This document shows, piece after piece, positions 10,384 to 19,380 of a DNA stretch of 40,000 nt (positions are counted from its first letter, which is position 1; each line of letters begins with the position of its first letter). Below the pieces are notes generated by a model. That model was not told the origin of the DNA and searched no databases. It was given only the letters and a program-made list of their open reading frames with translations. Position numbers and translations under genes: made by a program. Origin of the DNA: an uncultured Bacteroidales bacterium. Its GTDB lineage: Bacteria > Bacteroidota > Bacteroidia > Bacteroidales > UBA932. Where the stretch lies: NCBI GenBank assembly GCA_942492945.1, contig OW818649.1, positions 1,211,019 through 1,251,018 on the forward strand, in the 5' to 3' direction.

Positions 10384-11066
10384 CAGAAGTACATTCTGTT
10401 ATTCTTTTTCCAGTAAATAATAAGGAAATATCCGAAAATCATACCACCAAGGTGGGCAAAATGTGCCACATTGCCTCCTGTGTTTGAGATACCTAACGCA
10501 AGTTCTATTGCACCAAAAATAAGGACGAACCATTTTGCCTTAAGAGCAACCGGCGGGAAAATCAACTGAAGTACATTGTTAGGGAAGAGCATTCCGTAGG
10601 CAAGCAAAACTCCGTAAACAGCGCCTGATGCACCTACAGTTGGGGTGGACATAAGTGTCTGAAGACTTTGAGCAGCCTCCATGTTCCCTGCTTGCGCAGC
10701 GGACATCAGAGAAGATGCATCTATGTACATTACAAGTGAATGCAGGGCTGCTGCACCTAATCCGGTGACCATATAGTAAAGGAAAAATTTCTTGCTGCCC
10801 CATACATGTTCAAGTGCAACGCCGAATATCACCAACGAGTACATGTTAAAGAAAAGGTGGACAAAACCTCCGTGCATGAACATGTGGGTGATAAGCTGAT
10901 AAGGTTTGAACAATGGAGATTCAAAGTAAAAAAGAGAAAACTTTTCATACATGAATTCCCCTGTGAGATATGTAATTAAAAGCATCAGTGAATTAATTAT
11001 CAGCAAGTTTTTAATTACAGGGGGCATGCTGGTGAAAAATCCGGAGCCTCGGTTATCGTACATCAT
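10383..11066 (-). CDS. rhomboid-family intramembrane serine protease
   Basis: Polytopic membrane protein with HMFMHGGFVHLFFNM, the catalytic GASGAVYG and a downstream AHLGG histidine. Confidence 0.8.
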   Translation of the reverse strand: MMYDNRGSGFFTSMPPVIKNLLIINSLMLLITYLTGEFMYEKFSLFYFESPLFKPYQLITHMFMHGGFVHLFFNMYSLVIFGVALEHVWGSKKFFLYYMVTGLGAAALHSLVMYIDASSLMSAAQAGNMEAAQSLQTLMSTPTVGASGAVYGVLLAYGMLFPNNVLQLIFPPVALKAKWFVLIFGAIELALGISNTGGNVAHFAHLGGMIFGYFLIIYWKKNNRMYF

Positions 11067-11095
11067 GGTTATATTTTTATCAATTATAAAGTAAT

Positions 11096-12862
11096 CTAGT
11101 TAAAGCGTTTCTCAAGCTCCTCCAGTGTTATCATTGCTGTGCATGGTTTACCGCCGGGTGTGACAGCAGGTTCCCTGCATGCAAAAAGAGAGTCTATAAG
11201 AATTTGAGCTTCGAGGTTGTTAAGCGTCTCTTGTCTGCCGGATGCTGCTGCATGTGAAAGCGAAGCTGCGAACCTCTCACGTGATGCTTCACCAAAATCC
11301 CTGCCAAGCTCTGTAAGGTCAAATACAAGCTTGTCTATTAGTTCATTAATGACTTCGGGCTCATCTGACACACCGTCAGGAATTCCGGAGATCTCAACAC
11401 AATTCTTTCTGCTGTTATCTGCCCCGGCACGTATATCAAAGCCTAGATTCCCTAAAATGCCAATGTTCTCTATAATTACAGAGTAGGAGTAGTCGTCAAG
11501 TTCAATTGTTTTTGGGAACAGGGTGTGATTTACGATTTCTGAATGAGACGAGAGCGTGTCGAGGTATTTTTCGTATAAAATCCGCTCAGTGGCCCGTCTT
11601 ATATTTATTAAGATAAGGCCCGACTTTATTGTGGTTATTATATATTTCCCGGCTACCTGCAAGACAGGCTTCTGGGGAATTGCGGGATCCATTATGAGTG
11701 GTGAATATGGTTCGCGCCCATACGATTTGTTGTCATCGGGGAAACGTCTCTCCGTAAACTCTTCGTTGAATGGGTTAAAGAGTGGGTCGTAGTCGATTTT
11801 TGGAGAGGGAACATAATAACTTGTGTTCACCTTAGGTATCTCGGGTGCACCCTCCTGGTCGAAGTCTATGCTTGGCATGAATGAATTCTTACCTAGAGAT
11901 TCTCTTACAACAGAGCGCAAAATATCAAAAATTGCAAATTCGTCTTCGAATTTAATTTCAGTTTTTGAGGGGTGTATATTCACATCAATCTTATCTGTGT
12001 CGGCCTCAAAGAAAATGAAGAAAGATGGGAGGGTGCCCTCCTGTATGAGGTTTTCATAGGCCTTTAGAACGGCCTTCTGAAAGTATGAGCTTCTGAAGTA
12101 TCTGTTGTTGACAAAGAAATACTGATTTCCGGGTGTTTTTCTTGAATCTTCCGGCTTGCCAATATAGCCGCGTATTTTTATTAGAGATGTATCTACATGC
12201 AAATCTACAAGTTCTCTGCCCAGTTCCCGTCCTGCAACATCTTGTATCCGGCGTCTCTGATTGGATGGGGGCAGGTTGAATATTTCAGAGCCGTTGTGGG
12301 TGAGTTTGAATGAGATATCGGGGCGAGTTATTGCAACCCTTGTGAATTCCGATACAATCTGACGGTATTCGGTTGAGTCCGATTTAAGGAATTTTCTTCT
12401 TGCAGGTACGTTGTAAAATATATTCCTGACTATAAAATTACTGCCCTTGGGTGTGGATACCTCCGATTCGTATATAAGCTTAGACTCGGCAAACCTCACT
12501 TCGTAACCCATCTGGTCACCCTCTCTGCGTGTCTTTAAAGATACCTCCGAAACGGCTGCCACAGAAGCAAGTGCCTCTCCGCGGAACCCGAATGTGCTAA
12601 GATGGTCGAGATCTTCAATCTCTGTCAGTTTGGAGGTTGCATGTCTGAGAAAAGCAGTTTTTGCATCCTGAGGCGTCATGCCCTCGCCGTCGTCGATTAT
12701 TTGTATGAGCGTCCTGCCCGAATCCTTTACAACAACCTGTATTTGTGTTGCAGAGGCATCCACGGCATTTTCCATAAGCTCTTTTACAACTGAAGCCGGT
12801 CTCTGGACCACTTCACCTGCGGCTATGAGATTGGAAATATGGCTGGGAAGGACTTTTAGCAT
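11096..12862 (-). CDS. mutL: DNA mismatch repair protein MutL
   Basis: The N-terminal GHKL ATPase motifs are present: IAAGEVVQRPASVVKELMENAVDA, DDGEGM and FGFRGEALAS. 588 aa. Confidence 0.9.
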   Translation of the reverse strand: MLKVLPSHISNLIAAGEVVQRPASVVKELMENAVDASATQIQVVVKDSGRTLIQIIDDGEGMTPQDAKTAFLRHATSKLTEIEDLDHLSTFGFRGEALASVAAVSEVSLKTRREGDQMGYEVRFAESKLIYESEVSTPKGSNFIVRNIFYNVPARRKFLKSDSTEYRQIVSEFTRVAITRPDISFKLTHNGSEIFNLPPSNQRRRIQDVAGRELGRELVDLHVDTSLIKIRGYIGKPEDSRKTPGNQYFFVNNRYFRSSYFQKAVLKAYENLIQEGTLPSFFIFFEADTDKIDVNIHPSKTEIKFEDEFAIFDILRSVVRESLGKNSFMPSIDFDQEGAPEIPKVNTSYYVPSPKIDYDPLFNPFNEEFTERRFPDDNKSYGREPYSPLIMDPAIPQKPVLQVAGKYIITTIKSGLILINIRRATERILYEKYLDTLSSHSEIVNHTLFPKTIELDDYSYSVIIENIGILGNLGFDIRAGADNSRKNCVEISGIPDGVSDEPEVINELIDKLVFDLTELGRDFGEASRERFAASLSHAAASGRQETLNNLEAQILIDSLFACREPAVTPGGKPCTAMITLEELEKRFN

Positions 12863-13179
12863 TAGCCGATTGTAGCGAAAAACAGTCCTAAAGACTTGGA
12901 CAGATAATATCCTGCAACAAGCAGTACAACTAAGAAAACAATGATTATAATTCTGTTAAGCATAACAGAACCGGGTGAACGTCGGTTTTGATAAACAGTT
13001 TTTCTTAATTTGCTTCGAAGCAGCCTTCCGGGAATATATCCGGGGTCCTTTCCTTTTTCCTCTTCGTGAAGACGGGAAAAACGCTCTTCCATTGCCTCTT
13101 TCTTCTCATCGAAATAAAGTGGCTGATAGTTAAATGCCCTGTGTTTGGGCAGACTGAACAAACTAAAATTAAATCCCAT
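12862..13179 (-). CDS. hypothetical small membrane protein
   Basis: The ORF abuts the mutL start and has one C-terminal TM helix (IIIIVFLVVLLVAGYYL). No family was recognised. Start set at ATG 13179. Confidence 0.35.
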   Translation of the reverse strand: MGFNFSLFSLPKHRAFNYQPLYFDEKKEAMEERFSRLHEEEKGKDPGYIPGRLLRSKLRKTVYQNRRSPGSVMLNRIIIIVFLVVLLVAGYYLSKSLGLFFATIG

Positions 13180-13274
13180 TTTTATCAAGCATTCCTTTAT
13201 GGAATTCCTTTGTACAAAGATAACAATTTATGTAGGAATTTTGTTATAACTTTACCTGACAATAAAAAACTGAT

Positions 13275-13754
13275 ATGGATTTAAGGATAGGAAACGGCTA
13301 CGATGTACATGCTCTGGCAGAGGGTCGCCCATTATGGGTTTGTGGTATAAAGATCAATCATTCAAAAGGTTGCGTGGCCCATTCGGACGGGGACACTCCT
13401 ATACACGCTTTATGCGACGCACTTCTGGGGGCGTTGGCACTGGGCGATATCGGAACCCATTTCCCTGATACTTCAAAAGCGTTCAAAGGTATAGACAGCA
13501 AGATATTATTAACGAGGGTCTACTCTATGATTAGGGAGTATGGTTTCTCTCTTATAAATGCCGATATCACTGTCGCGCTGCAATCACCAAAAATAGCACG
13601 GTACATACCGGAAATGCGCACAATGCTTGCCGTATTGCTTGGTGTGGCCATGGATCAGATTTCTATCAAGGCAACCACAACCGAGAAACTTGGCTTTGTT
13701 GGCAGAGAAGAGGGAATCGCAGCATATGTTACTGTTTTGCTGGGGCGCCAATAG
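13275..13754 (+). CDS. ispF: 2-C-methyl-D-erythritol 2,4-cyclodiphosphate synthase
   Basis: 159 aa. The sequence IGNGYDVHAL...HSDGD..IHALCDALLGA..LGDIG..FPDT is the canonical IspF signature. Confidence 0.9.
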   Translation: MDLRIGNGYDVHALAEGRPLWVCGIKINHSKGCVAHSDGDTPIHALCDALLGALALGDIGTHFPDTSKAFKGIDSKILLTRVYSMIREYGFSLINADITVALQSPKIARYIPEMRTMLAVLLGVAMDQISIKATTTEKLGFVGREEGIAAYVTVLLGRQ

Positions 13755-14610
13755 GTGAGGAAGTCAAAAAAACTCCCTTGCAGCACGGAGCGTTGCAGTA
13801 GTTTTAGCAAATTTCTTTCAATAAGACACTTACAGGATATTCGTATGTTTGAATTATCAAAATCATTTCGATAGTACTTGCATTTCCATGTAAATCGCTG
13901 TGTTGCTAAAAACTACCTCAACGATAAAAACTTCCTTGAAGTTTTTAGTATCTATTTGACATCCTACTAATTACAAAAAAAATATCTCCGCATATTTTTT
14001 GTGAAAAAAATTATTAAGGTCTATATATCAGAAGTTTGCAAAAAACTTCAAGGGAGTTGTCCCACATGGTTAAGTGCAACATTATCTGTTGTTAAACTGA
14101 GATTTTCAATTATATTTTTTTGAATTATTTTTATTTTATGGTTTTTCGTTTTGACACTTTGGTGCAGTTTGAGGTCTCATGCAGGGATAAGCGGTATTTG
14201 TAGCAATTTTGTCGACTAATTCCGATTTCTGCAGAACTTAATTGTACTAACACTTTAATAATCCATCTAATGCATTGATACTTTGCATATTGTGTATTTA
14301 ATTGATTTCCAGACCATTTTTCAAGTACCTGTATATCATGCATATACTACTCACTCTGGCAGAGCCATTAGTAAACGCCTAATCTGCAGCTGATTATAAA
14401 ACCATGTGGAGGCAAATCTTGCCGACACATACCATCTTGAGCTCTTTGAATCCTCCTCAATACAAATTTTCAACGTAGGTTTTATCTGCCAGTTGTTTTA
14501 GCATGTTGTTCATTATAAGGTACATGTAAAATATGATCGATCAAAATTCCGAGAAAATAATTTTATAAACAGCTGATAAACAGCAATGTCTTATTTTAAC
14601 TGGCAGATCG

Positions 14611-15402
14611 CTAAAGTACGTGGGAAACTTCAAGGTAGTTTTTCCTGCGAATCAATCTGTAATGCGGTTTGTACCTGTCAGCATAATCCTTGCTGTGGTG
14701 TACTACATATTTCCCTTGTGACAACAGAGTTTCCAATGCCTTTGAGTCTTCTTTAATAAATGGGATATCAGGAAACAACTGCCTTATAACAGACTCAATC
14801 TCTTGCCACTCCCGCTTCCAGTCATCTGCAGAAGGAGTTTTGGCAAGAGAGGCGCTTTTGATGAAGGCATCAAAAAACTGGTCATAACTAATTATGTTGT
14901 CCTTAATGACAGCCAGATCTACCCTCACAAAATTACCCTCCCAACCCGTTACCTCAACATATTCATGCTGCGACTTACCATTCACCTCGGCCAGTTCACG
15001 ACGGAGATATGCACCGGCAGAAGCAGTATCGGCAATAATGTGACCCGGCCCGAACTTATCCTGAAAGAAGTTCTTATACAGATCTATAAGCCTCGACTCC
15101 GGATAGTTTTTCATCTGCCACCGCACACTCTCCGCGACCCTCTCACGAAAATCTTCCCGTTGAAAGAGACTATCTGTATTTGCTGAATCTGTAAATGTGG
15201 AGAAATTGTTTTTAGTAGACCGTTTCACACAATTATACTCCTCACAGTCTACTCCCATCTTTACGTTTACGCACTCCTGTTCTACCGTCCCCATAACTAT
15301 ACCGGCCCCGGAAAACAGAGTGATCAGAACCATCGCAATAACCACGTATCGGCTTATATATAATATCTTATGCTTAATCATAATGTAAAACACTCTACTC
15401 AA
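14611..15402 (-). CDS. hypothetical protein with N-terminal membrane anchor or signal
   Basis: 263-aa ORF with an N-terminal hydrophobic segment (VVIAMVLITLFSGAGIVMG). No family was recognised. Confidence 0.5.
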   Translation of the reverse strand: MSRVFYIMIKHKILYISRYVVIAMVLITLFSGAGIVMGTVEQECVNVKMGVDCEEYNCVKRSTKNNFSTFTDSANTDSLFQREDFRERVAESVRWQMKNYPESRLIDLYKNFFQDKFGPGHIIADTASAGAYLRRELAEVNGKSQHEYVEVTGWEGNFVRVDLAVIKDNIISYDQFFDAFIKSASLAKTPSADDWKREWQEIESVIRQLFPDIPFIKEDSKALETLLSQGKYVVHHSKDYADRYKPHYRLIRRKNYLEVSHVL

Positions 15403-15469
15403 AGTTAAATAAAACCGCCAAAGAACTTGCCACTTTCCAAAAATGTATTACTTTTACACCTCAATTCGC

Positions 15470-15543
15470 GGCGCGATAGCTCAGCTGGTTAGAGCGCATG
15501 ATTCATAATCATGAGGTCCCCAGTTCAATCCTGGGTCGCGCTA
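15470..15543 (+). tRNA. tRNA with CAU anticodon (elongator Met; a lysidine-modified Ile2 cannot be excluded)
   Basis: Hand-folded cloverleaf. The acceptor stem is GGCGCGA/TCGCGCT, the D arm is TAGCTCAGCTGGTTAGAGC, the anticodon stem-loop is CATGA-TTCATAA-TCATG and the T arm is CCCAG-TTCAATC-CTGGG. It lacks the initiator-type GGG/CCC anticodon stem. CCA is not encoded. Confidence 0.85.
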
Positions 15544-15544
15544 C

Positions 15545-15840
15545 AAGAATGAAGAACCCCACTTGCCAAAAGCAAGGGGGGTTTGTTATTTTGCTCCGGC
15601 CCGAGCTTGCTTGGGGGAGGAAGCAAAATAATAAACCATCAAGGCAAAGCCTTGGGGGTTCTTCATTTTTGGGCTGTTTTCTGCGACCTTTTCAGGATCA
15701 CGGCGCGCAGCGACGTAATCCTGGGAGCAGCAAAAATAAACCCCTAAGGGCATAGCCCGGAGGGGTTCTTCATTCTTGGGCTGTTTTCCGCGACCTTTTC
15801 AGGATCACCGACCAATGGGAGGTAATCCTGAAAAGGTCGC
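15545..15840. repeat. cluster of nested inverted and direct repeats 3' of the tRNA
   Basis: aagaatgaagaacccc (15545-15560) recurs as its reverse complement at 15655-15670 (1 mismatch) and at 15762-15777 (exact). A 47-bp direct repeat occupies 15655-15701 and 15762-15808. A perfect 16-bp inverted repeat is gcgaccttttcaggat (15790-15805) and atcctgaaaaggtcgc (15825-15840). Confidence 0.7.
15557..15581 (+). terminator. hairpin plus T-run directly after the tRNA
   Basis: ccccacttgc-caaaa-gcaagggggg is followed by tttgttatttt. Confidence 0.5.
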
Positions 15841-16060
15841 AGCGTTGTTAAATGTTCTTTTTTTGCAATAATGTTATTATCAATATATTGCACGACTATA
15901 TCAGATTGTGTAAATAAAACACGCACAGATAAAACAAAAAGCAGAGTACTATAGAAAAAGTGTAATTATATTTACTCGGAATGTTGATATTTATTTGCAT
16001 AATAAAACTTTGTTTTTTAAATTTACTGGGGTTAACAGATAAATTATAAACTATTTGCAC

Positions 16061-16768
16061 ATGAAATGTAATTTGAAAGTATTTGGTGTTTTATTTCTAC
16101 TTACAACGCTTGCCGTAGCCTGCAACAAAGAAGTAAGAGATCTTGTCAAACAGAAAGAGGAAGTAATGACTAGCGCAGACGGTATTACAGCGAAAGATTA
16201 TTATTGGTGCGAAGGACAAAAAATTTCATTAACAAGATTAGATAAAAAATCTTTTCTGATGTATCGCTCTTCGGACAGCTTGACTCTAATGTCATCACTC
16301 AATAAAATGGGGATTGAAGTAAATGCTTCTAACATTATGAAATATGGATATGGTGGCACAGATCTTTCTGGTGATGCTGCAAAATCATTATTAGACTGTC
16401 AATGGGCAAAAGTTGATATCAACCATATATCAGCCACTGCCATTCCGGAAGTCATTTACGCAGCTCCATATTATAAGTATTTGAGTGGATTTGAGTTTCC
16501 CTTGACAAATTTAGTATATGTTTACCTTAGAAAAGCCGAAGACATAACACTTTTGGAAAAGATTTCAAAAGAATATAATGTTGGTATAATAGGTAAAGTT
16601 CCCAATATACCACTTTGGTATGTTGTTGCTTGTACAAAGAAATCGAATGGTAACGCTTTAGCAGTAGCAAACTCATTTTATAAAAGCGGACTGTTTGATG
16701 GAGCTGAACCTGCGTTTATTTCAGCGACAGCTGCTTGTGCTTCTTTACTATCTGGATATAGTGATTAG
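16061..16768 (+). CDS. hypothetical lipoprotein
   Basis: The signal peptide has a lipobox (FLLTTLAVAC). No family was recognised. Start moved to ATG 16061. Confidence 0.55.
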   Translation: MKCNLKVFGVLFLLTTLAVACNKEVRDLVKQKEEVMTSADGITAKDYYWCEGQKISLTRLDKKSFLMYRSSDSLTLMSSLNKMGIEVNASNIMKYGYGGTDLSGDAAKSLLDCQWAKVDINHISATAIPEVIYAAPYYKYLSGFEFPLTNLVYVYLRKAEDITLLEKISKEYNVGIIGKVPNIPLWYVVACTKKSNGNALAVANSFYKSGLFDGAEPAFISATAACASLLSGYSD

Positions 16769-16884
16769 AGGCACAGAAACAACAAAACTAAAAAAAACAT
16801 ATAAAAAAAACAGAATTAAGAAAATCATCAGACCCCGTAAAATATCTCCAAAACTCTCATGTTCCAAAGGATTTGTTTATTTCA

Positions 16885-17552
16885 TTACGTCGTGGCATAA
16901 TGATTATTTCTTTTCTCAAATTCATCAATCCACTCTCTTAATTTCTGTTTTAACAACTGCTTCTCCGGCAAATAGAGCTTGTATTCTGAAGCATAAATTC
17001 TGACCACTGTTGATTATTGGCTTCAATCTCATAAAACTTCGTTCATCCGGATTGTTGATTCGCATCAATATTAAATAATGAGACCAACTTAGACTAAAAT
17101 TATTAAATTTTGAGAAGGCACATCTTGAATTTGAAACTCGCCAGACGGTAACTGACTAATTTCAATATCTTTATTTTCTGCGGTTTGTAATTTGGCAGAC
17201 ACCGTCTGCCAAATTACTCTTTCTTGATACATAAGAAAGAATTGACGCATATTTCTAAGATTTCGCTCTGAATACCCTTTGCCAAATTTTCCGGATAATT
17301 TTCCGGAAATTACTTTTAATGTATTATTTCCATAATCGGCACGGAGCATTCCTTGTTGTTCATCTTCAAAAATGTATTGCCCTATTCCAAAGTAAGTGTG
17401 TACCATTGTGAGGTTCACTGAAGAAACAACTCTTTGATGAGTTAGAACAATTAATTTTTCAATTGAAAGATTGTGAATCCCCTTTTCAATCTTATTTCTC
17501 TGTTTTGGCCCGGGTTTTTTATTCCCATTGCATATTGGCTCAGCAAACTCTC
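16885..17552 (-). pseudogene. decayed DUF1016 / YhcG-like PDDEXK nuclease gene
   Basis: The minus strand reads ...KIEKGIHNLSIEKLIVLTHQRVVSSVNLTMVHTYFGIGQYIFEDEQ...GKGYSERNLRNMRQFFLMY...IWQTVSAKL, which is DUF1016 N-terminal-like. It has no ATG and an upstream stop, and it ends prematurely at 17089. A separate C-terminal remnant (..IYASEYKLYLPEKQLLKQKLREWIDEFEK*) ends at 16885. The nuclease core between them is missing. Confidence 0.6.
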
Positions 17553-17772
17553 ATTAACACCAGTCAGAAATCCACGATCTGCCAGTTAAAATTATAGGTC
17601 GTTATTAATCAGTAATATATATAAGGTTCTCCACTTAATTTTTAGGGCAAAAAAATTTGTATGCGTCAGAAATTGAGCAATATGCAAAAACAACTGGCAG
17701 TTCAATCAAATAATTTTACACAAAACAGCACTCAAAGTGAAAAATTAATTCTAAATTTGGAAAAACAACATT

Positions 17773-19290
17773 ATGAATCGTGTAGTTATCATCTTCTTAT
17801 GGGCAGCAGCCTTACTTCTATCCTGTGGTGCAAAAGCGAATAATCAGACAAAACCTTCTCCCGATGGGCGCTCATTTCCGGAGATTGAGCAGCGGACAGT
17901 TATAATTGGAACGATTGATAACATAAAGGAGATTCCGGGTGCACCCATGACAATTAAACTATCGGTAAATGATATTTCTGTAGGTACCCAGAATTCCTTT
18001 GAGGCAGCTATTGACGAAGATGGCAGATTTATGTTCGACATCCCGCTTTATCACTCTACAGACACCTATCTCAAATATGGCGACGCCTTAATCACCCCCT
18101 TCCTGTTTGTGAATGATACTTTGAAGATAAATTGCAAAATTGGCAAAAGAGGATATCAGATTGGAATAGTATCGGCAGCATTTGATAAAAGACACGACAA
18201 ATTTCAAAACCAATTTAACGTGAATAACAGGTGGCTCCATTATTATATGATTGATGGATTCAGAGATAAACTGCCAAAAGATGAGCCAGTGAATGAATTG
18301 AAGGAGAGATATCTGAACTTCCAAAAAGAGTTACTTGCCGAGATAGACCAGCGTGTAATAAAGGATTCGTTAGACAGCACAATAAGTAATTATCTGACAA
18401 TTAGTGCGAAGTATGCTATTTATGGTGATATAATCCGGTTAGGAAGCAGGTTCGCGGATATTGAAGAAAGGGTGCAATTCTATTCTTTCCTGAATGATTC
18501 CATCGTTTTCAATGAAAACGCAATGCTCTCATCGGATTATTGCACATTCATGTCATCCTTCAATATAAGTGTAGATCGGATAAGGGGGCCGCAAATCAGC
18601 GCAAAATCAATATACGACCTTATTAAAACCTCTGTAGAAATGGCGTTTGCAAAGAGAGAGGGAATTTGGGGCGAATACCTGGCTGCCTCTGCGCTATTCG
18701 GATTTGCTACTCGAGATGAAGAGATTCCGCAAGTCCAGGTCGACTCACTGTCCGATTTGATAGGCCGTTCATTCAATGATAAATATATTCGTCAGTATTT
18801 GCTTGCAGTATACAGTAAATTAGATCAGAAAGCAGAGGAGAGTAAAAATTTTAAGTTACCAGCGGGTGCGATTCTCAATATATACGACTCTCTCTCAGGT
18901 GAGCAGTTGTTCAACAAGATAATTGCAGACAATTCAGGGAGAGTGATTTTCATAGATATCTGGGGAACATGGTGCTCTGCATGCATAGAGCAGATGCCTT
19001 ATTCACAAAAAGTACACGAGCAGCTCAAAGGGGAGACCGTAACATTTATCTTCTTATGTGAGGGATCTAGTGCAAAATCATGGGAAAGGGCAATAAAGAA
19101 GCACCAAATTGAGGGTAGTCATATCAATCTAAATGCCAGTCAATACGGCTATTTAAAGAGCCGATTTTCAATAGACGGAGTCCCAAGATATCTGCTGATA
19201 GACAAGCATGGAAAGGTAGTGAATGCCGATGCCCCGCAGCCTCAAAATGATGCGTTGGTTGCAGAGATAAAGATATTGCTGAAGAAGTAA
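17773..19290 (+). CDS. TlpA/thioredoxin-fold thiol-disulfide oxidoreductase lipoprotein with a long N-terminal domain
   Basis: Lipoprotein signal (LLLSCGAK). The C-terminal thioredoxin fold has a CxxC motif in FIDIWGTWCSACIEQMP and ends ..GVPRYLLIDKHGKVV. Confidence 0.7.
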   Translation: MNRVVIIFLWAAALLLSCGAKANNQTKPSPDGRSFPEIEQRTVIIGTIDNIKEIPGAPMTIKLSVNDISVGTQNSFEAAIDEDGRFMFDIPLYHSTDTYLKYGDALITPFLFVNDTLKINCKIGKRGYQIGIVSAAFDKRHDKFQNQFNVNNRWLHYYMIDGFRDKLPKDEPVNELKERYLNFQKELLAEIDQRVIKDSLDSTISNYLTISAKYAIYGDIIRLGSRFADIEERVQFYSFLNDSIVFNENAMLSSDYCTFMSSFNISVDRIRGPQISAKSIYDLIKTSVEMAFAKREGIWGEYLAASALFGFATRDEEIPQVQVDSLSDLIGRSFNDKYIRQYLLAVYSKLDQKAEESKNFKLPAGAILNIYDSLSGEQLFNKIIADNSGRVIFIDIWGTWCSACIEQMPYSQKVHEQLKGETVTFIFLCEGSSAKSWERAIKKHQIEGSHINLNASQYGYLKSRFSIDGVPRYLLIDKHGKVVNADAPQPQNDALVAEIKILLKK

Positions 19291-19380
19291 TATCAAAAAT
19301 AATTCTACTTAACATTATCTAATCCTGAAATGCTTGTTTCTTAAATATTATTATATTGTAGCGTTTTAATATTAAGTGAC

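Noticed and set aside
14131-14343. 70-aa minus-strand ORF in the ispF-downstream region
   Set aside because: It has no recognisable motifs and no good start context, and it is surrounded by stop-rich frames. It is probably non-coding or a gene remnant.
15715-15731. Partial copy of the tRNA 3' end (AATCCTGGG) as an att direct repeat of an integrated island
   Set aside because: Only a 9-nt match to the T-arm is present. That is too short to support an attL/attR assignment without a matching distal repeat.
15498-15755. 85-aa ORF overlapping the tRNA and the repeat cluster
   Set aside because: It starts inside the tRNA gene and runs through hairpin repeats, so it is not a plausible coding sequence.
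16695-17003. 102-aa plus-strand ORF
   Set aside because: It is Lys-rich and low-complexity. It is antisense to the C-terminal remnant of the DUF1016 pseudogene.
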